64,000 bases of DNA from Planctomycetota bacterium (GTDB lineage: Bacteria; Planctomycetota; UBA1135; UBA2386). Of the stretch, positions 48,424 to 60,304 are shown one piece after another (positions within the stretch are counted from its first letter, which is position 1; every line of letters starts with the position of its first letter). The stretch spans positions 1,984,001 through 2,048,000 of the forward strand of contig OZ245838.1 in the NCBI GenBank assembly GCA_965228735.1, given 5' to 3'. The notes beneath the pieces were generated by a model. The model did no database searches, was not told the origin of the DNA, and was given only the letters and a program-made list of their open reading frames with translations. The position numbers were made by a program, and so were the translations under genes.

Positions 48424-50043
48424 ATGACGAATCAAAACCAGCAGTGGGGCTCGCGCCTCGGCGTCATCCTCGCGGTCTCCGGCTCGGCGGTCGGCCTCGG
48501 CAACTTCCTCCGGTTCCCGGGCCAGGCGGCGGCCAACGGCGGCGGGGCCTTCATGATCCCGTACATCCTGGCGTTCCTGCTGCTCGGCATCCCGATCGGC
48601 TGGGCGGAGTGGACGATGGGGCGCTACGGCGGCCGCAAGGGCTTCCACAGCGCGCCGGCGATCATCGGCATCTGGTGCAAGGGCGCGATCGGCCGCTACC
48701 TGGGCGGCTTCGGCGTGCTGATCCCGCTCGGCGTCTACTTCTGGTACGTGCTCGTGGAGACGTGGTGCCTCTACTACGTCGTGCAGTACCTGAGCGGCGG
48801 CATCGGCATCGACCCGGCCGCCAAGATCGACGTGCAGAGCGCGGCGTCCAACGGGTTCTTCGACGAGATCACGGGCGGCAAGGAGAACGGCATCCTCTTC
48901 ACGAGCGAGGACGGCATCCATCCGATCGTCTGGACGTTCGTGCTCGTCGCCGCGATCAACATCTTCTTCGTGTTCCGCGGCATCAGCAAGGGCATCGAGA
49001 AGGTCTGCAAGGCCGCGATGCCGATCATGGCCGTGCTCGGGGTCATCATGCTGATCCGCGTGCTGACGCTGCCCGACAACACGCCCGAGGGCTACGACGA
49101 GGCGATCGGTGTATCGCACGGCCTCGGGTTCATCTGGAACCCGCAGCTCGACGCGCTGTGGAACCCGGCGACCTGGCTCGCCGCGGCCGGTCAGATCTTC
49201 TTCAGCCTGTCCGTCGGCTTCGGCGTGATCATCAACTACGCCAGCTACATGAAGAAGAGCGACGACGTGGTGCTGTCCGGCATCACGGCGTCTGCCACCA
49301 ACGAGTTCTTCGAAGTCGTGCTCGGCGGCCTCATCACGATCACGGCGTCGATCGTGTTCGTCGGCGTCGCGGCGACGATGGAAGGCGCGAGCGGCGGCTC
49401 GGTGAGCCTCGGCTTCAAGACGCTGCCGATGGTGTTCGCCTCGATGCCGGGCGGCAACTTCTTCGGCGGCGCGTTCTTCCTGATCCTGTTCCTCGCAGCG
49501 ATCACGAGCTCCCTGTCGATGCTGCAGCCGACCAAGGCGTTCTTCGAGGAGAGCCTCGGTGTCAACCGCACGGTCTCGACGACGATCGTCACCGCGTGGG
49601 GCCTCATCGGGAACGTCTTCGTGCTGTGGTTCAGCCGCGAACTCGTCGCGCTCGACACGATCGACTTCTGGGTCGGCACGTTCTTCATCCTGATCGTCGC
49701 GGGCATCCAGATCGTCGCGTTCGGTTGGGTCACGGGCGTCGACAAGGGCCTCGAGGAGGCGCATCAGGGCGCCAACATGCGAATCCCGCGGATCTTCCGC
49801 TTCATCATCAAGTACGTCTCCCCGGCGTTCCTCGGCATCGTCATCCTGTTCTTCTGCATCAACAACGTCCCGGGCTACCTGGAGAAGCTGTTCGGTGAAG
49901 GTGAGGTCGCAGCCGACCGCCGCATCACCTGGGTCCTGATCCTCGCTACGATCGGCGGCATCGTCGCGATCACGGCGATCGGCGCGAAACGCTGGCGCGC
50001 GCAGGGCCTCGACCTCGACGGCAAGCTGCCAGCGGACGACTGA
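48424..50043 (+). CDS. NSS (SNF) family sodium-dependent transporter
   Basis: Motifs WGSRLG.ILA..GSAVGLGNFLRFP, NGGGAFMIPY, GIEK, QIFFSLSVGFG...YASY and AAITSS. Confidence 0.94.
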   Translation: MTNQNQQWGSRLGVILAVSGSAVGLGNFLRFPGQAAANGGGAFMIPYILAFLLLGIPIGWAEWTMGRYGGRKGFHSAPAIIGIWCKGAIGRYLGGFGVLIPLGVYFWYVLVETWCLYYVVQYLSGGIGIDPAAKIDVQSAASNGFFDEITGGKENGILFTSEDGIHPIVWTFVLVAAINIFFVFRGISKGIEKVCKAAMPIMAVLGVIMLIRVLTLPDNTPEGYDEAIGVSHGLGFIWNPQLDALWNPATWLAAAGQIFFSLSVGFGVIINYASYMKKSDDVVLSGITASATNEFFEVVLGGLITITASIVFVGVAATMEGASGGSVSLGFKTLPMVFASMPGGNFFGGAFFLILFLAAITSSLSMLQPTKAFFEESLGVNRTVSTTIVTAWGLIGNVFVLWFSRELVALDTIDFWVGTFFILIVAGIQIVAFGWVTGVDKGLEEAHQGANMRIPRIFRFIIKYVSPAFLGIVILFFCINNVPGYLEKLFGEGEVAADRRITWVLILATIGGIVAITAIGAKRWRAQGLDLDGKLPADD

Positions 50044-50051
50044 GAACCACC

Positions 50052-50237
50052 ATGATTGCACTCATCCAAGAAGCGGCCGAGCAGGCCCGCGAAGCCGAAG
50101 AGCTGAGCGCCGGTGGCTGGATCATGATGATCCTGTCGATCGCGACGGTGACGGCGCTCGTGATCTACTGCTACAAGCGGATCCTCACCCATCCCGAAAT
50201 GGACGAGCCGGATCTGCCCGGCGGCCTCGGCCCGTAG
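50052..50237 (+). CDS. Small single-TM protein, probable NSS transporter small subunit (MetS-like)
   Basis: 61 aa with LSAGGWIMMILSIATVTALVIYCYKRIL, 8 nt after the NSS gene. Confidence 0.7.
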   Translation: MIALIQEAAEQAREAEELSAGGWIMMILSIATVTALVIYCYKRILTHPEMDEPDLPGGLGP

Positions 50238-50240
50238 GCG

Positions 50241-51044
50241 ATGCCGACGGTGCCGGCGGACGCGAGCGGCTCGCTCGGCCTCGCGTTCGCGCACAGCATG
50301 ATCGCGGGCGCCGGCGGCACCGCCATCGGTGCCGTTCCCGTGCTGTTCGTCGCCCGCATCGGTGACCGGCTCGAGAGCGCGCTCGCCGGCTTCAGCGCCG
50401 GCGTGATGCTCGCCGCCGCGTTCTTCGGGCTGCTGCTGCCGGCACTCGAGGACCTCGGCGCGCCGACCGATGCCGGCCCGCTCGCCATCTGGCCGGCGCT
50501 CGTCGGGATCACGCTCGGCGGTCTCGTGATCGCGTCGATCGAGCGCTTCGCCCCGCACGAGCACTTCGCCAAGGGCGCCGAAGGCCGGGCCAGCAATCGC
50601 CTGCACCGCGTCTGGCTCTTCGCCATCGCGTTGAGCCTGCACAACCTGCCCGAGGGCCTCGCGGTCGGCGTCGGGGTCGCTACGGGTGACGATTCCCTGA
50701 GCCTGCCGGTCACGATCGCGATCGGCGTGCAGAACGCCCCCGAGGGCCTGATCGTCGCGGTCGCGTTCCTCACGGCCGGCTACCGGAAATCCACGGCGAT
50801 GCTCGTAACCCTCGCGACCGGGCTCGTCGAGCCGATCGGCGCGATGCTCGGCTACCTCGCGCTACAGGTCGCGACCGCGGCGATGCCGGCGGCGCTCGCG
50901 TTCGCGGCCGGCGCGATGATCTACGTCGTGTCCCACGAGATCATCCCGGAGTCGCATCGCGACGGGCGCTCCGCGATCGCGACGGGGGGCGTGATGGTCG
51001 GCGTGCTCGCGATGCTGCTGATCGATGCGCTGATCGGCGGCTGA
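50241..51044 (+). CDS. ZIP family metal transporter
   Basis: Motifs FSAGVMLAAAF, PHEH, LHNLPEGLAVGV, QNAPEG and AAGAMIYVVSHEIIPE. Confidence 0.93.
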   Translation: MPTVPADASGSLGLAFAHSMIAGAGGTAIGAVPVLFVARIGDRLESALAGFSAGVMLAAAFFGLLLPALEDLGAPTDAGPLAIWPALVGITLGGLVIASIERFAPHEHFAKGAEGRASNRLHRVWLFAIALSLHNLPEGLAVGVGVATGDDSLSLPVTIAIGVQNAPEGLIVAVAFLTAGYRKSTAMLVTLATGLVEPIGAMLGYLALQVATAAMPAALAFAAGAMIYVVSHEIIPESHRDGRSAIATGGVMVGVLAMLLIDALIGG

Positions 51045-51105
51045 CCGCCGGTCCGCGCGCACGCGCCGCACCCGCGCGCGAACTGCGGCGGACGGCCGGT
51101 GACGC

Positions 51106-51633
51106 CTACCCGCCCTCCCGGATCGCGCGCTTGCTCGCGCGATGCCCGGCCACCGCGAGCACGATGGCGGTCACGAGCAGCAGCCCGACGAGCCCGTAGA
51201 TCCCGATCGGCGGCAGCGCGTCCCAGTCGCCGGTAGCGACGCGCACAGTGCCGAGCATCAGGAACGCCATGAGCACCTGCAGCTCGATGCCGATGACCGC
51301 GACCCCGATCCCGACGGGCCGCAGCGCGCGAATCCGCGCCGCTTCGGGCAGCGCGAAGAAGCGCTCCCGGTCCGGGACGTTGAGCAGACTCGACTTGTTG
51401 CGCGCGAGGCGCTCCGCGAGCGGCGGGATGCCGTAGCCGAGCGCCGCGCCGAAGAGCGCGAGGAGCGCCGGGATCAAGAACCACTCGACGGCGTCGCTCG
51501 GCCCCCAGCGATCGGGGCGGCCGAGCTCGTCGAAGTGCAGCGGGATCTCCTCGGGCAGTCCGGGGTAGAGCGCGCCGGCAAGCGCGAGCTGCCCGGCGAT
51601 CGCGAGACCGAGAACGACCCGCAGCACGAGCAC
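51106..51633 (-). CDS. DUF1648 domain membrane protein
   Basis: Motif YPGLPEEIPLHFD..GRPDRWG; four TM segments. The start is approximate. Confidence 0.78.
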   Translation of the reverse strand: MLVLRVVLGLAIAGQLALAGALYPGLPEEIPLHFDELGRPDRWGPSDAVEWFLIPALLALFGAALGYGIPPLAERLARNKSSLLNVPDRERFFALPEAARIRALRPVGIGVAVIGIELQVLMAFLMLGTVRVATGDWDALPPIGIYGLVGLLLVTAIVLAVAGHRASKRAIREGG

Positions 51634-51641
51634 GGCGCCGA

Positions 51642-53042
<1,401 letters not shown>

Positions 53043-53204
53043 GGCGGGACTGTGGCTGGTGGGTGACCGGAATCAACCCCCGACGCTCCGTTTGTGCCGG
53101 GGCGTCGAGAATCAGGCGCCAGAGAAACCCGTCGCCCGCGCATCCGCTGCGCGCGCCGCGCCGCGCCGAAGCCCCCCACGACAATTCACACGGAGAACAA
53201 CACC

Positions 53205-53270
53205 ATGCTCAACCGTCTTGCCCCCCTCTTCGCGGCTGCCGCGCTCACGCTCCCGGCGCCCATCGCCTAC
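53205..53270 (+). pseudogene. Orphan 5' end (SD plus signal peptide) of a lost secreted-protein gene
   Basis: GGAG-ATG MLNRLAPLFAAAALTLPAPIA, after which the frame runs antisense into the Kelch gene. Confidence 0.45.
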
Positions 53271-54172
53271 TCGATGCGACGCCACGCACCGGCCGCCGGC
53301 TCGAGGATCTCCAGACGCGCGGCCGGCTCGCTTGGCACCATGCCGCCGAGCAGCCACATCTCGCCGCCGACCGCCACGGCCGCCGGCATCGCGACGAACG
53401 GCTCGCGGGCCGGCCCGAACTGCCATCCGGCGGTTGCCCGCCAGCTCATGGTCGATGACTCGTCGGTGACCCATAGCGCATCGCCGAGCACGACCGAGCC
53501 GCCGAACTTCGCCCACGTCGGCGCTGGCGGCGCGGGCAACGTCCGCCAGTCCCCAGCCGGGCCGCGAACGGAGTGCCGCGCATGCGGTCCGAACGGCTGG
53601 CCGCCGACCCCGCCCACGACGTGCACCGCACCATCGAGCACGGCGACGTGGTGCAGGTGGTCACCGGGCTCGAAGCCGGGCGGCGGCGCCGCCCGTTCGA
53701 CCGAGCCGCGGTCGACGTCGACGAGCAGGCAACCGCTGCTCGCGAGCGGATGCCCGCCGAGCACGAGGATGCGCCGGCCGAGCGCCACCGCCCCGTGGTG
53801 GGACCGCGGCAGCTCGGGCGTCGCCATGACGTCGACCCAGCGATCGGCCGAGAAGTCGTAGCGTTCGACCCCAGCGCTGATCGCGAACACGGCGCCGTCG
53901 ATGACGACCGAGGCGAAGAAGCTGCCGCCGCGCACCATGTCGGCTCGCCGCTCCCAGTTCGCCGCCCCGGGCGCCAGCCAGAAGGTCTGCACGCGCGCGT
54001 CCTCGCCGGCGCGCGCAGCGGAGCCGCCGAACGCGAGCAGGCCACCGTGCAGCGGCTCGACCCGATGCCCGTGGCGCGGGTGCGGCAACGGCACGGCGCG
54101 CAGCAGCGCCGCGCGCCCCGGCATGACCGAACAGGCCACGGTCGAGAGCATCACGATCAGAGCGCTGCGCAT
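53267..54172 (-). CDS. Kelch-repeat lipoprotein
   Basis: TVAC lipobox; repeats LLAFGG, ILVLGG, VHVVGG and MWLLGG with W-terminated blades. Confidence 0.82.
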   Translation of the reverse strand: MRSALIVMLSTVACSVMPGRAALLRAVPLPHPRHGHRVEPLHGGLLAFGGSAARAGEDARVQTFWLAPGAANWERRADMVRGGSFFASVVIDGAVFAISAGVERYDFSADRWVDVMATPELPRSHHGAVALGRRILVLGGHPLASSGCLLVDVDRGSVERAAPPPGFEPGDHLHHVAVLDGAVHVVGGVGGQPFGPHARHSVRGPAGDWRTLPAPPAPTWAKFGGSVVLGDALWVTDESSTMSWRATAGWQFGPAREPFVAMPAAVAVGGEMWLLGGMVPSEPAARLEILEPAAGAWRRIE

Positions 54173-54237
54173 CGCCGATCGGACGCGCGCCGGGCTCAGG
54201 CTGTTAACCCGCTTCTCGGGTCGGACGCCGATGCTCC

Positions 54238-54318
54238 AGCCCGCTTCGCTCACCAGGATCACGCGCCCCCACGCCGTAATCGCCCGTTGGCCCGCGATCC
54301 TGGTGAGCGAAGCGGGCT
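54238..54318. repeat. Perfect 23-bp inverted repeat (REP/REPIN-like)
   Basis: AGCCCGCTTCGCTCACCAGGATC (54238-54260) and its exact reverse complement (54296-54318), with a 35-nt spacer. Confidence 0.85.
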
Positions 54319-56542
54319 ACAGCTGCAGGTAGGACGCGCGGTCGGCGCCATCGCAGGCGAGCCGGATCGGATCGCTTCCGATCAACACGAAGCGCTCGGG
54401 CGCGTCGCTCCAGTCGGCCGAGAAGCGATGACGGACCTGCCACGACGCCCCGGCATCGTCCGAGGTCAGCACGCAGGCTCGCCGCCCCCGCCGCAGATCC
54501 GCGAGGTTCTCATCGGCCGAGCACAACGCCACGAGACTCATCGCGGAGACCGCTTCGAGCTGACGGACCTGCAGATCCAAGTGCTCCGGGAACGGACGAA
54601 ACTCGACGGCAGGCTCGGCCGCGCCGACCGCGGCGAGGGGCACGCGCACGAGTCCGTTGGAGTTCTCCAGATCGGTGCCGAAATGCACGAAGTCCGCCGT
54701 CTCGGCCACCGCGGTGAATCCGCTCCAGGGGGCGAGCCACCGTTCGAGCCGCTCGCCGCGTGACGCCACGAGGTGCGTCGCGCGTTCAGGCCCGAAGTCG
54801 CCGGTCGTCACGAACACCTGCCGGCTCGAGGCACCCGCCTCGACCGCGTGCACATGGCGCGCTTCCAGGACATGGTCGAACCTGGTGAACGTGGCCCCCG
54901 CGTCGTGGCTGCGGTACAGGACCGCGCAACGCACCCCGGGAGCCGTGCCGTATTCTCCCACCCAGACCACACCGTCACGGTCGACGGCGACGCCGCCCGC
55001 GCGAACGTGCGAGCGGCCATCCGAGAGCGCGAGGACGGAACGTGCCTGGGTGCGCGCCGACGCGGACACGACGACTCGCAGCAACTCGCCGCTCTCCTCG
55101 AACGACGCGAGGAGCGTGTCACCGGCGACGAAGGTCAGGAGGGCACACCGCCGCCCCTGTTCGTCGAGATTCACGACCGGCGCCGGCCGGGCGAGCGGCT
55201 CCGAGGCCGCGAAGAGCTGCCCATCCGCGACGAACCAGAATCGACCATCCGCACCGAGCGCGCTCGCATCGCGGGCGTGCGACAAGGCCTCGACGTGCCG
55301 AGCCAGCTCGCCATCCGAGAACGCATTCTCGACCCGCTCATGGGTTGGCGCGGGCTGCGACGCCGACCGCACCGGTTGCCCGGCTCGCCGCCGGCGCTGG
55401 TGCGACGTCGAGAGCCGACCGAGCCAGAGCCGCCCACGTCTCATCACGTCCTGCACGGGCGCGGCCCGACGCTTCGGCAGATGCGGCGCATACTCGCAAC
55501 CCGAGCAGAACACCGTACCGCGCCGGTCGTAGTGCGCCTGCCGCAGCCGACGCAGCGGTTCGCCGTTCCAGATCGCGAGCGGGCTCTCGTAGCGCACGTC
55601 GCCGAGCATGTAATCGGTAGGCTTGCAGCACGGGTAGACCTCACCCGTGTACATGACCGAGAAGCTCTGCGAGAGGAAGTAGCACACCCCCGCATCGTCG
55701 ATCGTCGGCGGGACCTTGGCGCGGATCGGACGCACCCAGACCGGCGCGCGACCGAGCGAAGTCGCGAGCAGATTCACGCCGACGTCGCGCGCCGCGTCCT
55801 CCGCGGCGGCCAGGTGGCGGTCGATCTCCGCCGCGGAGAAGTGGCGCGTCGGTTCCTCGTCGCGGGACGACGGCACCTCGTGGCGCAGGCGCTGCAGCGC
55901 GACCCCGTCGACCCCGAACTTCGCGGCGAAGCGCACGAGGTCCGCCAGGTGCGGCAGATTGCTCGCCATGACGACGCCACTCAACGAGAACAGCATGTCG
56001 TCCTCGCCATCGCGCCGGCGCTCCCGAACCATCGTCAGGCGCTCGACGAGCTTGTCGAACGACGACCCGAGCCGGATCTTCTCGTAGATCGCAGGCACCG
56101 CGCAGTCGACCGAGATGTTGAGGTGGTCGAGCACCGGCCGCATCAGATCGAACTTCCGCTCGTCCATCAGGATGCCGTTCGTCACGACATCGAGGCGCGT
56201 CTCGTGGCGCCGCGCCGCGTCGACGATCGCCTCGAACCCGACTCCGAGCGGCTCACCGCCGGCCGTCGTCATGACGACCTTCATCGCCGTCGGCAGCAAC
56301 TCCGCGGCGACGAGCTCCACGACACCATCGTCGAGCCGATGCTTGCCCTGCTCATAGTGGCGCGGACACATCACGCAACGCAGGTTGCAGATGTCGGTGC
56401 TGTTGAAGGTGACGATCTCGGGCAGCCCGCGCAACTCGACCCGTCCGGCCGCGATCTCCTCGCGCAGAAGTCGACTGTTCTCGAGCTTGAGGCGGGCGGC
56501 CGCGCTGCCGTTCCTGGCCCGGACTTGCAGGTTCTGCGTCAT
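54317..56542 (-). CDS. Radical SAM protein with SPASM/twitch-like domain and C-terminal Asp-box beta-propeller
   Basis: CNLRCVMC, GGEP, VTNG, ISVD; C...GEVYPCC...WNG...CSGC; SHDAGATF and SDDAGASW. Confidence 0.88.
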   Translation of the reverse strand: MTQNLQVRARNGSAAARLKLENSRLLREEIAAGRVELRGLPEIVTFNSTDICNLRCVMCPRHYEQGKHRLDDGVVELVAAELLPTAMKVVMTTAGGEPLGVGFEAIVDAARRHETRLDVVTNGILMDERKFDLMRPVLDHLNISVDCAVPAIYEKIRLGSSFDKLVERLTMVRERRRDGEDDMLFSLSGVVMASNLPHLADLVRFAAKFGVDGVALQRLRHEVPSSRDEEPTRHFSAAEIDRHLAAAEDAARDVGVNLLATSLGRAPVWVRPIRAKVPPTIDDAGVCYFLSQSFSVMYTGEVYPCCKPTDYMLGDVRYESPLAIWNGEPLRRLRQAHYDRRGTVFCSGCEYAPHLPKRRAAPVQDVMRRGRLWLGRLSTSHQRRRRAGQPVRSASQPAPTHERVENAFSDGELARHVEALSHARDASALGADGRFWFVADGQLFAASEPLARPAPVVNLDEQGRRCALLTFVAGDTLLASFEESGELLRVVVSASARTQARSVLALSDGRSHVRAGGVAVDRDGVVWVGEYGTAPGVRCAVLYRSHDAGATFTRFDHVLEARHVHAVEAGASSRQVFVTTGDFGPERATHLVASRGERLERWLAPWSGFTAVAETADFVHFGTDLENSNGLVRVPLAAVGAAEPAVEFRPFPEHLDLQVRQLEAVSAMSLVALCSADENLADLRRGRRACVLTSDDAGASWQVRHRFSADWSDAPERFVLIGSDPIRLACDGADRASYLQL

Positions 56543-56677
56543 GCGTGCACTCGGTTGGTCCCCGCGCGCACGATAGTCGCATCCACCGGACGCCGCGACT
56601 CCCCTCGGTCCAACCACGCAGTCGGAAACCCGCCGCCGTGCCGGCGAACCGATGCACAGGCAGCGACGGGGAACGCG

Positions 56678-58291
56678 CTACGAGAAGAAGTCGTTGCCCT
56701 TGTCGTCGACCACCATGAACGCCGGGAAGTCCTTCACCTGGATCTTCCACACGGCCTCCATGCCGAGTTCTTCGTAGTCGAGCACCTCGACCTTGGTGAT
56801 CGAGTCGCGGGCGAGGATCGCGGCCGGGCCGCCGATCGAGCCGAGATAGAACCCGCCGTGCTCCTTGCATGCGGCCGTGACCGCCTTGCTGCGGTTGCCC
56901 TTCGCGAGCATGACGAAGCTGCCGCCGGCCGCCTGGAACTCATCGACGTAGGCGTCCATGCGCCCCGCCGTCGTCGGGCCGAACGAACCCGACGCCATGC
57001 CCGCCGGCGTCTTCGCGGGCCCGGCGTAGTAGACGACGTTGTCCTTGATGTAGTCCGGCAGGCCCTGGCCGTTCTGCAGCCGTTCGCGCAGCCGCGCGTG
57101 GGCGATGTCCCGCGCCACGACCATCGTGCCGGACAGCTTGAAGCGCGTCTTGATCGGATACTTGCTCAACGTCGCGCGAATCGCGCTCATCGGCTGCTCG
57201 AGATCGATCGCGACGACCTCGCCGTCGAGCTGCGACTCGTCGACCTCGGGCAGGAAGCGCGCAGGGTTGGTCTCGAGCTGCTCGAGGAAGACACCGTCCT
57301 TCGTGATCTTGCCCTTCGCCTGCCGGTCCGCGCTGCACGACACGCCGATGCCAACGGGGCAGCTCGCGCCGTGGCGCGGGAGCCGGATCACGCGCACGTC
57401 GTGACAGAAGTACTTGCCGCCGAACTGGGCGCCGATGCCGTTCTGCCGCGTGATGTCGAGCACCTGCTGCTCGAGCTCGAGGTCACGGAACGCCCGCCCG
57501 CGCTCGTTGCCCGTCGTCGGCAGCGTATCGAGGTAGCGCGCGCTCGCGAGCTTGACGGTCTTGAGCGTGAACTCGGCCGACATGCCGCCGATGACGATCG
57601 CGAGGTGATAGGGCGGGCACGCCGCGGTGCCGAGCCGACGCGTCTCGCGGTCGATCCACGCGAGCAGCTTCTCGGGGTTGAGCAGCGCCTTGGTCTCCTG
57701 GAACAGGAACGTCTTGTTCGCCGACCCCCCGCCCTTGGTCATGAACAGGAAGTGGTACTCGTCCGCATGCGCGCCGCCGTCCGCCGCGTAGAGCTCGATC
57801 TGCGCGGGCAGGTTGTCGCCCGTGTTCTGCTCGCGGTAGACGTCGAGCGGAGCCATCTGCGAGTACCGCAGGCTGGTCTCCGTGAACGTGCGGTGCACTC
57901 CCGAACTGATCGCCTCCTCGTCGCTCCCCGTGGTCCAGACGTTCTGGCCCTTCTTCCCGATGACGATCGCCGTCCCGGTGTCCTGACACCCGGGCAAGAC
58001 CATGCCCGCCGCGACGTTCGCGTTCTGCAGCAGCTGCAGGGCCACGAACCGGTCGTTCGCCGAAGCCTCGGAGTCGTCGAGAATGTCGCGCAGCTGCTGC
58101 AGGTGGCCGGGCCGCAACAGGTGGCTGATGTCCCGCACGGCCGCGAACGTCAATTCGTGCAGCGCCGCCGGCGCGACCTGCAGGATGGTGCGGCCGAGGG
58201 CCTCGACGGTCGCCACGTGATCGGTCGTGAGCAGGCGATACGGAGTGTCGTCGGCGCCGAGTTCGAAGATCGGTTGGAACGAGAACGACAT
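56678..58291 (-). CDS. fumA: Class I (Fe-S) fumarate hydratase
   Basis: Motifs [43 protein letters not shown] and GPTTAGRMD. Confidence 0.95.
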   Translation of the reverse strand: MSFSFQPIFELGADDTPYRLLTTDHVATVEALGRTILQVAPAALHELTFAAVRDISHLLRPGHLQQLRDILDDSEASANDRFVALQLLQNANVAAGMVLPGCQDTGTAIVIGKKGQNVWTTGSDEEAISSGVHRTFTETSLRYSQMAPLDVYREQNTGDNLPAQIELYAADGGAHADEYHFLFMTKGGGSANKTFLFQETKALLNPEKLLAWIDRETRRLGTAACPPYHLAIVIGGMSAEFTLKTVKLASARYLDTLPTTGNERGRAFRDLELEQQVLDITRQNGIGAQFGGKYFCHDVRVIRLPRHGASCPVGIGVSCSADRQAKGKITKDGVFLEQLETNPARFLPEVDESQLDGEVVAIDLEQPMSAIRATLSKYPIKTRFKLSGTMVVARDIAHARLRERLQNGQGLPDYIKDNVVYYAGPAKTPAGMASGSFGPTTAGRMDAYVDEFQAAGGSFVMLAKGNRSKAVTAACKEHGGFYLGSIGGPAAILARDSITKVEVLDYEELGMEAVWKIQVKDFPAFMVVDDKGNDFFS

Positions 58292-58499
58292 CGCCGCAGC
58301 TTGACCGCTGGGATCGACCGATTCCAGTCGACGGAAAACGCCGATCGCCGCTGTCAGATTGCGGCCGCCCGCATCGGCCGCGAGCGAAACTTCATCCTGC
58401 CGGAGACGAGAAACTGCCGGTGCTGGCGCTATTCTGGGGGGGCGATCCAGTCCCGCAAGAACCGCAAACTCGCCACATCGCAAAGAGGGGAACCAACCA

Positions 58500-60209
58500 A
58501 TGCTGACGACATCTCTGCTGCTCGCCACCACCATGATGCCGCAGGGGCCGGGCACCTCGACGGCTCCGATCGTCATCAACGAATTTAGCTACGACGACAC
58601 CGGCGCCAACGACCGCGTGTTCGTCGAACTCTACAACCGCTCGAACTCCCGGGTCGACATCTCGGGCTGGATCCTCCAGGGCTACGACGGCACCTCCACC
58701 ACGCCGACGAACGCCAACGTCACGATCCAGGCCAACACCATTCTCGTCCCCGGTCAGTTCTTCGTCGTCGGTCAGGCCGCCGGAGTGCCCAACGTCGACC
58801 AGGACGTGCCGACGATGAACACGGTCCTCGAGACCGGCCCGGACGGGCTGGCGCTCGAGATGCCGACCGGCGCCGTCGTCGACGCGGTGGCGTGGGAATA
58901 TGCGGGCTGGTCCAACCCGGTGCCGGCCTGGCTCGAGGGCGACGGACTCTTCGGTGACACGCTCAACTCGGACAGCAACCCGCAGTCCGCGAGCCGCGTG
59001 TTCGACGGCTACGACACCGACAGCAACGGCTGCGACTTCCGCGTCGCGCGCTGGTCGCCCGGCACGGCGAACGACGCCGCGCACAGTTCGCCCCCGAACT
59101 ACGAGAACAACTTCGACGGCGCGATCGGCAGCGATGTGAGCGCCGACTTCAACTACTCGTTCGTGCCGGGCACGGTCGAGGACCCGGCGGCGCTCGGCGT
59201 CCCGACCTCGCCGCAGGGCGGCAACGTCTCGACGTGGTACGACGCGACCGGCGGCGGCAACGCGAACTACTTCAGCGCCCCGACGAAGAGCGACTGGGTC
59301 GTCGAGTTCTACGCCTACCTGCGCGGCCCGACGCCGTCCATGGACGCCGATGACGTCGAGACCTGGGCGGTCGGCGTGCGCGGCTCGACCGATTCGTTCG
59401 GTGAACCGGCCGACATCGGCGGGCTCTACAACTACGTCGGATTCAGCTCGTGGGATCCGGGCTGCACGGGCCTGGCCTACTTCATGGACATCCGGAAGAA
59501 CAACTCCAACCTCTACCTCGTCGACTTCAACGACGGCGGCACCGACCCGACGGTCCTCGTCGGCCCGATCTCCGTGCTGCAGGACGGTTGGATGCGCCTG
59601 CGCGTCAGCGTGCTCGGCGACACGGTCAAGTGCAACGTCGGCGGCACCTACGGCTGCGACGACGGCAACCGGTTCGCGTCGAGCGGCATCAGCAACAACC
59701 CGGGCAGCGTCTACATCCAGTACCGCGAGAACGTGAGCGCCTCCGGCGTTCACCGCCCGCTCACGATCGACGCGCTCTGCATCAACGAGAACTTCGCGGC
59801 CAGCTTCACGAGCGTCGGCACCGGCTCCCCGACTTCCGTCGGCATCCCGGTGATCGCCCCCGTCAGCGCCCCGACGATCGGCAACCTCGTGTTCCAGCTC
59901 GCGGGCAGCAACCTCGTGCCGAACAGCTTCAGCTTCATGCTGCTGACCGTCGGTGACGCCACCCTGCCGGGCACCCAGATCCCGGGCGCCCAGGCCGGCG
60001 CGTTGCTCTTCGTCGACAACGTCGGCGCGGCGACGTTCTTCAACGCGAACGACGCCCAGGGCAACTCGGTCAACGGTTGCCCGTTGGCGTGCTCCGCCAC
60101 GTTCACGGGCCTGCCGCTCGCGGCGCAGATCATCGACTTCGACCTGAGCCTGCCGGACGCGGTGCCGGTCGGCACGTCGGCCGGGCTCGACATCACGTTG
60201 GGCAACTGA
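58500..60209 (+). CDS. Secreted lamin-tail-domain protein with the shared C-terminal domain
   Basis: [10 protein letters not shown]...FVELYN...VDISGW (LTD); GAGGGG SD; C-terminal PTIGN...AQIIDFD...[11 protein letters not shown]. Confidence 0.87.
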   Translation: MLTTSLLLATTMMPQGPGTSTAPIVINEFSYDDTGANDRVFVELYNRSNSRVDISGWILQGYDGTSTTPTNANVTIQANTILVPGQFFVVGQAAGVPNVDQDVPTMNTVLETGPDGLALEMPTGAVVDAVAWEYAGWSNPVPAWLEGDGLFGDTLNSDSNPQSASRVFDGYDTDSNGCDFRVARWSPGTANDAAHSSPPNYENNFDGAIGSDVSADFNYSFVPGTVEDPAALGVPTSPQGGNVSTWYDATGGGNANYFSAPTKSDWVVEFYAYLRGPTPSMDADDVETWAVGVRGSTDSFGEPADIGGLYNYVGFSSWDPGCTGLAYFMDIRKNNSNLYLVDFNDGGTDPTVLVGPISVLQDGWMRLRVSVLGDTVKCNVGGTYGCDDGNRFASSGISNNPGSVYIQYRENVSASGVHRPLTIDALCINENFAASFTSVGTGSPTSVGIPVIAPVSAPTIGNLVFQLAGSNLVPNSFSFMLLTVGDATLPGTQIPGAQAGALLFVDNVGAATFFNANDAQGNSVNGCPLACSATFTGLPLAAQIIDFDLSLPDAVPVGTSAGLDITLGN

Positions 60210-60304
60210 TCGGCGACTCGGTCCGGCCAGCTGTCGCGTGAAATCGCGTGGCGGCCGCGGAACGTCCGATGGTCGCCCCGTCACGCATCTCGTAGGCTGC
60301 GGCG

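Noticed and set aside
58436..58495. c-di-GMP-like riboswitch in the lamin-tail gene leader (GCAAA motifs)
   Set aside because: The required P2 stem and tetraloop/receptor arrangement cannot be built.
54773..58588. Very long alternative-frame ORFs (1271 aa here; also 27661-30684, 30699-33803, 14525-16939 and 4337-6604)
   Set aside because: They are Arg/Ala/Gly-rich shadows of real genes in stop-poor high-GC DNA and contain no recognisable motifs.
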